From Schmidtea polychroa (lineage: Eukaryota), in the NCBI GenBank assembly GCA_044892525.1, contig CM097888.1, positions 89,156,001-89,220,000 on the forward strand: 64,000 nucleotides of DNA, written 5' to 3'. The notes beneath the pieces were generated by a model. The model was not told the origin of the DNA. It worked only from the letters and a program-made list of their open reading frames with translations, and ran no database searches. The translations under genes were made by a program, and so were the position numbers. This document shows positions 13,201 to 24,332 of this stretch, one piece after another (position 1 is the stretch's first letter; each line of letters starts with the position of its first letter).

Positions 13201-15751
13201 ATGATGTTATGTGTACTTAGCAAATAAGTATATTGTGTTTGTCCATTGTGTTATGAGATGAACGAGAGGAGGAAATAAAACCCATAAGCTGAATAGGCAC
13301 CTAAATATAAAATCGAACATAGGCCTTCTATTGGTAGTCCGTGAATCCAAATGAGTGCTTGACAATTATAATATACAGGGGTATGCTCACTTTTGCTGGT
13401 ACCCATTTGATATATTACAAACGTTGATCTCTGAAAGGGTATCAAGTGGTAAGACATATCATTGTATTCTTGGTTACGCTGAAAACAGCCCGAAAAGGTA
13501 AAATGTGTGGTTACCTGTAACACACCACAAATAAAATTATCAAAAGAGAAATGATATACTTTGAATATATGAAAGTTCGTGGTAAATATTTAGAATTGGC
13601 CGATACCTACATTAGATCCGTGCAAACAACAAGTGAGAAGATCGAGAAAGAGCTTTTTCAGCTGCAAAGATTTTCTGTACAAAATACGGTCACGAATAAA
13701 TGATGAAAGCTCAAATGCGTTATCTTTTATAGAAGCATTTTTTATTAAGTTAAATTAAATAAAATTAGCTTTAATAAAAATTCGTATTGTTTGTTATTTA
13801 TCGATAATTACATTATAGGATATTTTGCAATTACATTTACATGCATCCTGGTCAACAGAATAATACAAAATTACATTACGATATGACGGTAACTGTGGAG
13901 ATCCAGAATTTTCTATATCATTCATATCTTTCATGATTTATTAATCAAAAAATTCAATACATAAAGATTGTATATATGTAATGACAAAATCAAAAATACA
14001 AATAAATAAACCAAAAAACACATTTATAAAAAATCAAGTATATAATAACAAATTATTTACAAGAAGAGAATTCCAAGAAATCGATAATAAGGTAAAAAAT
14101 ATATAAAACAAATGTATACAAACACTCAAAAACATCACAAATAACATCAGAATTAGAGATTTCTGTGACACACCTTCTTAGTCGACAGGAGTCACGCTTG
14201 GGAAATCACAGGAAACTAAATTCAAGCAAATATTCGAGAAATCTACAATTGTTTTGATGATAAACCACCAAAAACAAAATTACATTTGTTGATAAAGTTG
14301 AAAGTAAATTTTACTAATTTAAATTACAATTTTTAACTGTTTATTTAATCAAAAAAATATTTTTCTTAGATATTTCTTTTTGTCATTTTAAATAAAATTA
14401 TAAAATGATTCAACATTCGTTTGTTTTAGTTTATCATTTTAATCTTTGTTAAGCTAGGATATAATATTAACTATATATTGAAAATTAGTTAATTACATTT
14501 ATTGCAGTTCAAACAGTAAAATATTTAATGATTAAAATAGTAAGAAATAAAAATTTCATGATATTATTTGATATCAACCAGTCGTTTATGACATGGGTGG
14601 CTTTGTTGGTATTTATTATGGGGAGGCAGTTAATATCAGGTAATTTATATGATTGTGCTACAGCAAATGATTCCCATTGCAGCCGAGTATCACACGAGTA
14701 GCAAGGAAGGTCCCAGTTATTTGACCACAGGAATCAATGATACCTATGGGAAAGGATATGTAATCAGATTTAAAATGAGCCTCAATAGAATGAGAGGAAC
14801 TTTATTATATTTGATTGATAAATATGGCAATCAGTTGATAATTTCCCTTGATGAGGAGCTGGGGGAGAGGATGATAATGGAATTCAGGGGGGAATCGCAT
14901 TATGCAACTCTATCTGAATTGTGTAAGAGATAAATTGGAATATTGATTGAGGGGGGTGATAAATTATGCTTTGCATTCAGGTGGCTGTGTGAGATGCAAA
15001 TATCGATTGATCGAGTTGATGGTGTCCATTACTGATCGGATCAGCATCCAATGCAATGATCAGCCATATAAATCATTCAGCTATTGGGATAAGAAAGTGC
15101 TTAATAACGGTAAGCATGTGAAATGATATTATAACTCATGATCAATAAATCAATAACATCGATAAATAGTGCAATAGTGCCGCCATATAAGTGATCCTGA
15201 ACCCTCTCATCCAATCATCAAAGGGGCTCATTGGAAGGTTATAAAATCAATATAAAAGGGCAACCAATCAAATTCTCGCATTTGAGCGCCAGTAAAATAT
15301 CATTGCGATTATAAAAATATCAAATAAAGAATTGCTTGCATTCAGTGACGGATGCAGGATTATTGGTGGAGGGGGGATAATTTTATATGTTTTATTTATA
15401 CTACTCTGTGTGTGTGTGTGTGTGTGTAATATGATTTGAAATTTTTTATAAGTTTTTATTATTAATTGTTTGAGTTTGCACATGGATTGAAAGGTAAGTT
15501 AATATTACTTTCAATTTGTTAACACATATCGCCAATAATTTCACGTTGCGGTGAACTACATATTGAATTACCTTTCAAATGATACCTATATTATATAGTT
15601 TTTAAAATGTTGAAGGTTTTTGACTATTTGAAGGGTAAGGTTACGCTTTAAAAATTTCAGTGTATGACCATTTGATAGAGCTCTTCAAGACATTTCGAAT
15701 GATACCCATAAAAGTTGACAGCATTTGACCCTTTTAAATTTAAATTTGAAA

Positions 15752-15857
15752 TGAGTCACCCTGAAGAGTCATCGATTGAGTCATTTATGACTCACCCGAG
15801 GGGATATGCGACATGTTCTTTGTTATGAGTCATATGTCTTTGTTTAACGATGAGTCA
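15752..15857. promoter_or_regulatory. Cluster of five TGA(G/C)TCA (AP-1/TRE-type) motifs
   Basis: Perfect sites at 15752, 15777, 15788, 15826 and 15851 plus one near-match (AGAGTCA, 15765). The motifs are seen; function is unproven. Confidence 0.45.
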
Positions 15858-16003
15858 TGTACCACACTTCTACCTATTGACAGCCAATGCAAATCCGCAT
15901 TTCGATCTGATCATTTACTGATTATGAATATTATTGTTTTATTGTTTGCTAAATAAATGTTCACATTCAATATATATTTAATGCGCCATTTTATTACGCA
16001 GCC

Positions 16004-16296
16004 TATCCGATCGGAGAAGCATTTGGAACTTCGTCAGTGAGATTATATCTCGTCAATACTCCTGAGCATGGTGAATATTATCCGAACCCTTTCCAATTGG
16101 CTGGCTGTATTAGTGATATAATAGTAAATGGAAATCCTGTAGAAACGGAGAAATTTGGCCCTGCAATCTCCACCAAATGCCCCAAATTATGCGTCAATGA
16201 CGTGTGCAATGCTGGCGTATGCCATGAAACATATGATAGATATCCATTCTGTGATTGCACTGATTCCTTCCTGAATGGCCGATTCTGCAATTCAAG
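16004..16296 (+). CDS. Exon encoding the C-terminal part of a laminin-G domain followed by an EGF domain
   Basis: LAGCISDIIVNGNP (LamG GCI..NG motif) then CPKLCVNDVCNAGVCHETYDRYPFCDCTDSFLNGRFC; bounded by GCAG acceptor and GTGAG donor. Paralog at ~33644-33936. Confidence 0.85.
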
Positions 16297-16399
16297 TGAG
16301 TAAATGTAACATGTGAATGACAATGGCAGTTGAACAAAGGTTACTCTGGGTACCTCAATATTACACATGCAATTTTGCTTTTGTATCTTTAATTATGAT

Positions 16400-17060
16400 T
16401 GTCATTTGAAAAACAGAAGAGGTAAACCTTTGCTTAGAGACGGTGAGTTTCAATATCATCTGAATGCACCAAGTTATGCGGGCGCTAAGATATACTGGCT
16501 GCTTTGCACACAGATAGGAGTTTGCAAGGCAAGCTGTCGCATTAATGGCTTTACCATTTATTCCAGATAAAGATGTAGCTGACACTTTTAAAGGTTTAGT
16601 AGCTTATGTTCCGCCTGAACTTAATGATTTTATTGATTTCTTTGAAATAACTTATTTAGGATTAATTAAGCACGAAACCAGCTGGATCTCAATGAGTTCA
16701 AGATTTGAGAACAAAACTTGGAGTTGCTATAACGCAATACTTTCTAGACATGGCGGAATGAATAATGTTGCAGATGGATGACATGCTCGTTTTCAAGGTG
16801 AAATCCAATCGCAGCATGCAATTATTTGGAGGTTTATGGAGTTTATTAGAATACATGAAGCCGATGACAAAGTATTGGTTGAGCAGTTATTTGAAGGTCA
16901 CCGAAAGATTAGCCATCCAATAAAGTGCATTTATCTTATTAATAACTCACGCATCTCAGATCTTACAAGGTCATGCGATGCAATTAAGGATATTGTCATG
17001 ACTAAGAACTAGTTGCATAGAACAGGAAAGCTGCTGATAAACAGCTTTGCTTATATTGCA
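16400..17060 (+). mobile_element. MULE/Mutator transposase remnant (FLYWCH-like fragment fused to the C-terminal region; catalytic core deleted)
   Basis: FQYHLN...KIYWLLCTQ..C, then ALPFIPDKDV..F..L...PPELNDFIDFFEITYLG...WSCY...MNNVADG*HARFQ...IWRFMEFI, the typical MULE C-terminal motif string. Confidence 0.8.
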
Positions 17061-17599
17061 CAACAAGATAATCGTCAGCCTGATATAAACAGAGTTAAAT
17101 TTCTAATTTTCTAGTTTCTAAAGACTTATAGAGCTTCTATTTGGTTTTCTTTTATACTTTTTATCAGTATCATAATTTATTGGTCCCTATAATATGCAAT
17201 TAATTATTATATATGCCACATATATGTAACTATACAATTTGACAGGGATCATAGCCATTCATAAACTAATGAAAGAGCCTTGTTATATATAAATGTGACA
17301 CAAAACAATCAAGATTTTATCCAATAGAATATTTTAATTAAATAAAAATAAATTTATTGAGTAAAGAAAATATGTGAAAACTTCTAATCATTCGGCATAA
17401 GCTTATCATCCCTTGGTCATGACTTGGTTATGACTTGTTATGGCTAACCTTACCCATTTATAAAATTTGCAAATTGCGAAGATTTCATAAATTTATTTTC
17501 AAAATATTTCAGCTTGAAATTGTAATAAAATTATAAATTAGTTTTAATTGTCAGGCGTAATCAACAAAATGGATTCCAATTGGAAATATAATTCAAATA

Positions 17600-18150
17600 C
17601 CTTCCAGTCCAAATTCATCAAAATCTCCTGGCGAGCTGATTCTGGTGGCATTTTTGGCATGTGGAATGAGTAAAATTAGTTTCATTATTTCCTAACAACT
17701 CTAACATTTGCTGTACTACTTTATCCGCTATTTAAAACACCGCTGCTACTTTATTTTCAATTCAATTCTTTATTTCATAATCTTTCCTGAATTTTCTTGC
17801 TAATTTGATCAATTATTTCATATAGTTAATGCTAGTATTCTTGTTGCCCACTTCCTTTTCTTTGGGTCTTTATGTGGATCTGAACTTGTGATGTTACGTA
17901 ATTGCTTTATGATCCGTTAGCAGAATCCTTTCCCTATATAAGTGGTCTTTAAAATTACTTGTAAATAAATAAATGGGAATAACTCCTTCCTTGTAATGTA
18001 GAGTTCCAATTTATTGGCTTTCATTGCATGAGGGTCATATATAATCATTTCTTTATTTGCATTTTCATCACCTTAGGATAATACTGCCCCAATGCCATAG
18101 AAACTGGCTCTCCTATACAATAGAGATTCCCTGAAGAAGTCATAGTCGCT
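17600..18150 (-). mobile_element. Gypsy RNase H remnant
   Basis: ASFYGIGAVLS*GDE, YITRKEL and LLTDHKAIT in alternating frames. Confidence 0.75.
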
Positions 18151-20458
18151 AAGCTTAAATGCTTCCAAAACAATATTTGAAACATTCATAGTGAGCTTAC
18201 ATATATCAGTTCATATTAATTTGTTTTCAATGCATGCTTGAAGCGCTTAATGCTTTTTAAAAATAACTATGGTTTCTTCGATAAGTCTTACAACCACGAA
18301 TAGTTCTAATTTAGGATCTGAATTTAAATATACAACGACAGGACACCAACCAACAGATCGAATTCTCATACTATATTGCCAAAAAAACAAATTTCCAAGT
18401 TCTTAGTTTTCCAATATTTAAAATAACAAAGCCAACGATGTGAATAAATTTGAATTTTGTATCTCCGCTACTATATAGTTTTTCTTAAATTTTTCAACGG
18501 AATCTAAGTCAATAAGTGACGGACTCTGAAACGCACAGGGTGCAATAATGCCTTAATACGGCCCTGATAATTATTGCCATATTTATTGTAATTATTATCA
18601 ATATAATTTTTTCACAACATTTCTTATTGAAACAAAACTTAATGTATTTTCATATTCTAAACCATGTCAACACAATGAAATTATCCACATATTAGTTAAT
18701 ATATAATATTATAAATGGAATATAAATATTTACATAAAAGATAAATTCATTTATATATAATTCTACTCGAGCTTTGTTTATATGCTGTGGGGAAATATTA
18801 TATTATTCAAAATTATAAATGGTTTTGTTAAATGCAAGTTTATAAAGAGTAAATCTAATAATAATATAAAAAATAAATAATATTTATTAATTTCAATTCA
18901 TTGCAGAAAGATTTCAGTAAAGTTCCAAGTAGAAAGAAATAACCTTGACTGTCTATATCATGACAGAATTGAATTAATAAATATCACAAAAAGTGAGATT
19001 TTGATAATTATTTTTATAACCGGTAAAATATATAGTAAATAAATCTCATTGGCTTGTGTAATGAATGAATTGTGATTGGTTGATTGACACTTGATAAATG
19101 TTGTGCCGAGCATTTGTGGTTATCCCTAATAATTTATTGGTCCACTGACAGCTAATAATATATTCTATTTATTTTCATTAATTGACACAAAATGAATTAA
19201 ACATTTTCTCATACATCAATGCTATTGGTAGGGAATAATTTATTGAATACAGAGGAAATGCGGCTGGGACGCAGCATTATTTGTTTCTATGCTTTGTTAT
19301 GTTAGGGGAGAATTTGAACCTTTCTGTTATTTGGCTCTCTCCTGAGCTGGGGGCGGTCAAAGGGGCTGGAACGGATCTTCATGAGTTTGCTGTTGACTGC
19401 TGATTGGAGCTGAATGCTGATTTTATATGCCAATAATCAATAATATTAATAATAATAATAATAATGAAATATATTCAGCGATAACTGATAAATATCAACC
19501 AAATCAAAATGGCCGCCTTTATTTATCATTTGATGGAAATGTTATCGGCATAAAGGTAATTTATATTTTGTTTTGCTAGAGCTTTATCTTTATTTGGTTG
19601 TTTTCACTGCTGATGCGCGTGAATGGTGATCATTTATCCATTTATGGTGAGGGGGGGATCAATTGGCTGGCGGGTAAATGCGGCACTGCAATTCATTGCC
19701 ATGCTGAATATGTGATCGGTTCAAGGGATTGGATCAATCAATATTGATTCTGATCTGAATGTTTGTGAGCAATGAACCGGAAAGTGCTCATAATAATATC
19801 ACAATTGGATAAATATAATTTGCAACAGCAATGATGCCCATCTGGCAATGTTAATGCTAATTGCAATTATTTTTTCTATTTATAGCAACATCGCAATTAA
19901 TATTAATATTATCCAATCAAATGGCTAGATAATGCAATATTAATTAGTTCTATTTATAGTAAATCTAAAATATCCTTCTGTCATATTTAGAACTTTGTGT
20001 AATATGAAATCATTTGTGTAACAATGAAATCAATAAATACACAAATATTCTCATCTGCTAGATAAATTTAATTTATATATTTAAATATCTCAAATATCTC
20101 AATCAAATGAATGCTGAAAAATATCTGCTGATCTCAATAATATAATTAATGCAAATGCCAATGAACCAGAATCATATATATTATTTATCAATGAATTCTG
20201 GACAGCAACAACAAATAATATCAAATATTATTCATAATGTGAAATATAATGATAATCGCAAGCAAATATATAAAGCTGCAATCAGATATAATTGGCATAT
20301 ATAACTCTCCCTATCTCCCTCTCACGGGCATTTGGGCACCCCGTTGCCATGGCTGCATGATTGCATATATATGCCTGCTTTGTAGCACTTGGAGCTTTTA
20401 TCATTGAGATGAAGCAATGCCAATTGGACATTTGTGATAAATATCGGTGGGTTATTAC

Positions 20459-20510
20459 CAGTGGCGTTACTAGGGGGATGCGGGGGATGCGGACCGCACT
20501 GGGTGACACC
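20459..20510 (+). mobile_element. Orphan hAT-like left terminus
   Basis: CAGTGGCGTTACTAGGGGGATGCGGGGGATGCGGACCGCACTGGGTGACACC; a related terminus occurs at ~33240-33280. No matching right end found. Confidence 0.5.
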
Positions 20511-20744
20511 AAATAAAATATTTGAAAATATTCTAAATAAAGCCTCCAATAACTACTTATATATGCTATTTAAATATTGTGTCAATTTTGATTTTCAAAC
20601 CCTATTGAAATATTTTTTCTTTCCTCTGTTGGCTGACACTGCCGGAGATATCTGCTCAACGATGATGTTTTTTAAAATGTTCTATATTATTCTAATTATT
20701 ATTTTTTAATTTATTCTATTTTTTTTTAATTTCTTTATATATTG

Positions 20745-21815
20745 TCAGTTATTCTCAAGGTCAATGACAACAGATCAAATTCATGATTTCATTGATTTCT
20801 TCTTTAGTGTTGATCTTTGGCTGTCTGTTTATAATGAGAATTGCTTCTTTGAATCTGACATTTTTCTTTTGGATGTTTCCATTAGCTATGATTTCTATTG
20901 AAATATTTTTTCTTTCCTCTGTTGGCTGACACTGCCGGAGATATCTGCCCAACGAGGATGTTCCACCAGGATCTAGATGTTCTTTAACTCTTTGGTGCAA
21001 GGTCCTGAGGGTACTACAAATGTAGATTTCATTGCATACATTGCACGTGATGCAATAGACGATGTTTTTTCTTAAAGCACCTATCTTTCGGTGTCTGGCA
21101 GTTTTTCATTTTCTCTATTTATGTTGCCTGCCAGAGCCCTTCTCAATGTCCAAGATTTATGTGCTATCCGAATTGGAAGACCGATACGTTTAAGTTCTTT
21201 CAGGATCTTGAAGTCGAGTATGTCACTGATGAATGGGATATTCAGATAGAAATATTTCTGATTCTTTTGTGTTAATTCCCTAGATCTTCTTGGGGTAGAA
21301 TTCATTCTTTCAATGTCCTCACCTTGGTATCCATTTCGCTGTAGGATTTTATTGAAATTTAATTGTACTTTAAAGTTTTCGTTTTTCTCCGTGCATCGAT
21401 TGGCTATTCTTCGTTTCTCGTTTCTTATGACATGTACTTTCTGTAAGTATGGAAGCGCTGATCTTTAGTGCATAAATATTTCTTTGCGAGCTGGTTTTCT
21501 GTAGAACCCGTATGTTTGAGTGTTTCCTTCTATTTTGATTCTCAAATTCAATAAATTGAGGGATCCATCTTCTTCCGGATATTCGATTTCGAACTTAAAA
21601 TATTAATGAGCCGCATTGAATGCATGAAATATTTCCTCCGCTTCTTTTCTGCTTTTGGTCGTGATGAAGATATCATCTACATATCTTGCTTAGAAACCGA
21701 TGGATTGTATGGTCCTCAGTGTTTGTCGTTCGAGGTTTTCCATAAATATGATTGCTAGCAATCCTGATATGCTAGAACCCATAGGCAGACCTTTAACTTG
21801 TTTTTAGAATATTTT
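20745..21815 (-). mobile_element. Penelope-like retroelement, 5'-truncated and degenerate (RT C-terminal part plus GIY-YIG endonuclease)
   Basis: KQVKGLPMGSSISGLLAIIFME, RYVDDIF, FYRKP, then TLRTLHQRVKEH...KEAILI..QPKIN. Confidence 0.88.
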
Positions 21816-22283
21816 GTTCAAAGAAATTAAAAAAAAATAGAATTATTTAAAAAGTAATAATTAGAATAATATAGAAAAAATTTTTAAAAAATAGGGTTTG
21901 AAAATCAAAATTGACACATTTATTGAAATATTTAAATAGCATATATAAGTAGTTATTGGAGGCTTTATTTAGAATATTTTCAAATATTTTATTAGGCTTC
22001 TAGAAGCTAATTATAGAAGCTGTAAAAAAATTTAAATATTTTTAGTTTGTGTCATTTTGAAATTTTAAATGTAAAAATTTTAAAAGTTTTTAGTAAAACA
22101 ATTCATTATATTTACAACCAATGAGAATTAAGAGAACGGAAATAAAAGAAAGATTGAAAGGTATTTTAGGGAAGAACATTGCTTAATTCCAGGAGATTGA
22201 CAAGGACTATCGTATAGTCGAAAATTCTTTCATTAAATACATTATTTGCAGCAAAAGGCTTAAATTATCATTTTATTGTTTTA

Positions 22284-22318
<35 letters not shown>

Positions 22319-22374
22319 TAATATTAATCAGTTCGTACAAAACAATTCTACAATAAATACAAAGTCACATGTTG

Positions 22375-23470
22375 CCAAAGATTTATCCAAAGAGCATTTC
22401 ACATCAATCTCAATGCTAAGCGCTCCTGGATTCATTGGTAATGCACTTTGTGATCATGTGAATGGTTATTATGAATTCCTCTAGACATCGTCCACAAATT
22501 GAGGCCCTCTCAATATCAATGGCTGCCCTTCCATAGCAAATTCTTTGTCAATAAATCTAGTAATTTATTATTCTGTTTCTCATAAATGTTTCCAAGCGCG
22601 ATTGGCATGGCAACCTTTCAGCCTGGCCATTTGATATAAATAGTGTTGATGAGCCATGAACACACATTTACTGCATGAAATGACATAAATATATCATTCT
22701 AGATCATTCCGCCATTGCAAGCATCTCACCCCATGCAATGAGAGTTCCTGGGGAAATGGTAAATATTTGTTTGTTTTATATTTTGTATGATTTATCTGAT
22801 TGTTGCGCATTGCCAATAAGTGATTGGTGCGGATAATAACCCCATTGGCCACTGGTGAACCATTTCCCCATTCATGCTATGGGAACCTATTTGTAATGCT
22901 GTGGGGAAATGGATTCATTATTGTAATATTTGATACCAAATGCTCAGCGCTGATTATATTCACCGTGACCTCAGGGCTTTGAATGCTTCCATTCATCCGT
23001 TATGATTATATATACGGTTTATAGATCTCCCTGATGATGCTGGGAATCATTGGGACAATGCTGCGATCTAGATCAGATATGGAAACGCTTATTTTGTGTC
23101 ACCTAGCGCTTATATTCCCTTATGCTCATTGCATTTGATTGAGTGTTATTGGAGGAATGTGTTTATTGCACCTATAATTGTTGGTGTTCCTTTTGATACC
23201 GCACCAATTGCAATGGCTAGAGATACCTGAGCATGATTTGCGGCTTCCTGGGAGGCATTTTTATGAATTCTTTGCACTTTTATGAAAGGTCTTAAAAGAT
23301 ATTACGAGGTCATGTTATTGAGAGGCTTTCGGGAGATGTTCGTGGTGATTCTTGATCAGCCTTTGCAATCTGATGGTGCTGATATTGACATTGACGGCCT
23401 GACAGCGAGAGTGATCAACAAATGCAATCATCAAAAATCCATCAGTAAAACAACTAAGGGATAATGATAA
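22375..23470 (+). pseudogene. Heavily degenerate protein tyrosine kinase domain (Src-like catalytic loop)
   Basis: Collinear subdomain traces: HGNL...SVDEP, IHAMGTY, a predicted intron, then DYIHRDLRALN (HRD at 22961-22969), PFDTAPIAM and LLRGFREM. No DFG found; many stops. Confidence 0.5.
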
Positions 23471-24332
23471 TAATAATGACAATATGCAACCTAGTACCGG
23501 CACTCCTTCAGTCAACCTAAAATAGAAGGGGCTAAGGTAGCTCGCAGTGAAGCCTGGAGCACAAAAGTTTTGCAACAATTGTAGTGATAAACTTGCAATG
23601 TGCTTGGAATGATTCAATGCAAAACATCGTTAAATACTATTTATAAAATAATTTTATTATATGTTATACGTGATGTTATATTTCATTATAGTGAATTTCT
23701 TTTCATTTCTAAATAAAATATAAAATTTTTTAATTTCTTTCAACAAAATGATTTTTTAAATTTTAAGTACTATTTAAATAGTTTACTATAAAATGTTTGT
23801 GTGCCACCAGTGGTAAACGCATAATATAATCAATTTTTGAATATTCCTGACAGTCGTAAGTATAAAAACTTAGTTTTAATATAATATGTTAGCATTTTCA
23901 TAAAGTCCTATAAACATACACACCGTGAACCATCGGTGGCGCACACAACCAGAAAACAAATCGCTACTGTACCGCCTGTGGTACACGATTTTCAAATGGC
24001 AAAAACTTTAAAAAAACAAATTTCACGAGCGTGTTAACATTTGGATGGGGTTGCACAATTTTGATTTTATATTTCGATATGTTGCACAATTGTTAATATT
24101 TGCTCTTTATTGGCTCTTTACTGAATATTCTTTATGCATTTCAGGATTCTCGATCTGTTATCCAAGGTTATTATGATTTATTATATTTTATATTTTGTTT
24201 TAATCATTGCCATATTTGCCAATATTATTATTATTATTAATTGAGTAAGCAAAGATTTCATGTAAAATAGCCTAAAATAATGTTATTATAGGAATGTATT
24301 CCATTTTTCACATTTGCTATTGCTATAGATAG

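Noticed and set aside
9360-13720. Scattered exon-like, partly hydrophobic stretches
   Set aside because: Could not assemble a frame or recognise a family, so not reported as genes.
14175-14225. Reverse strand resembles U1 stem-loop III (CCTGnGATTTCCCAA..GTG..TCGAC); paralog at ~31635-31680
   Set aside because: The rest of U1 and the Sm site are absent; short chance similarity.
23790-24040. Possible piggyBac-like end (GCGTG|TTAA near 24035)
   Set aside because: No matching opposite terminus or coding remnant found.
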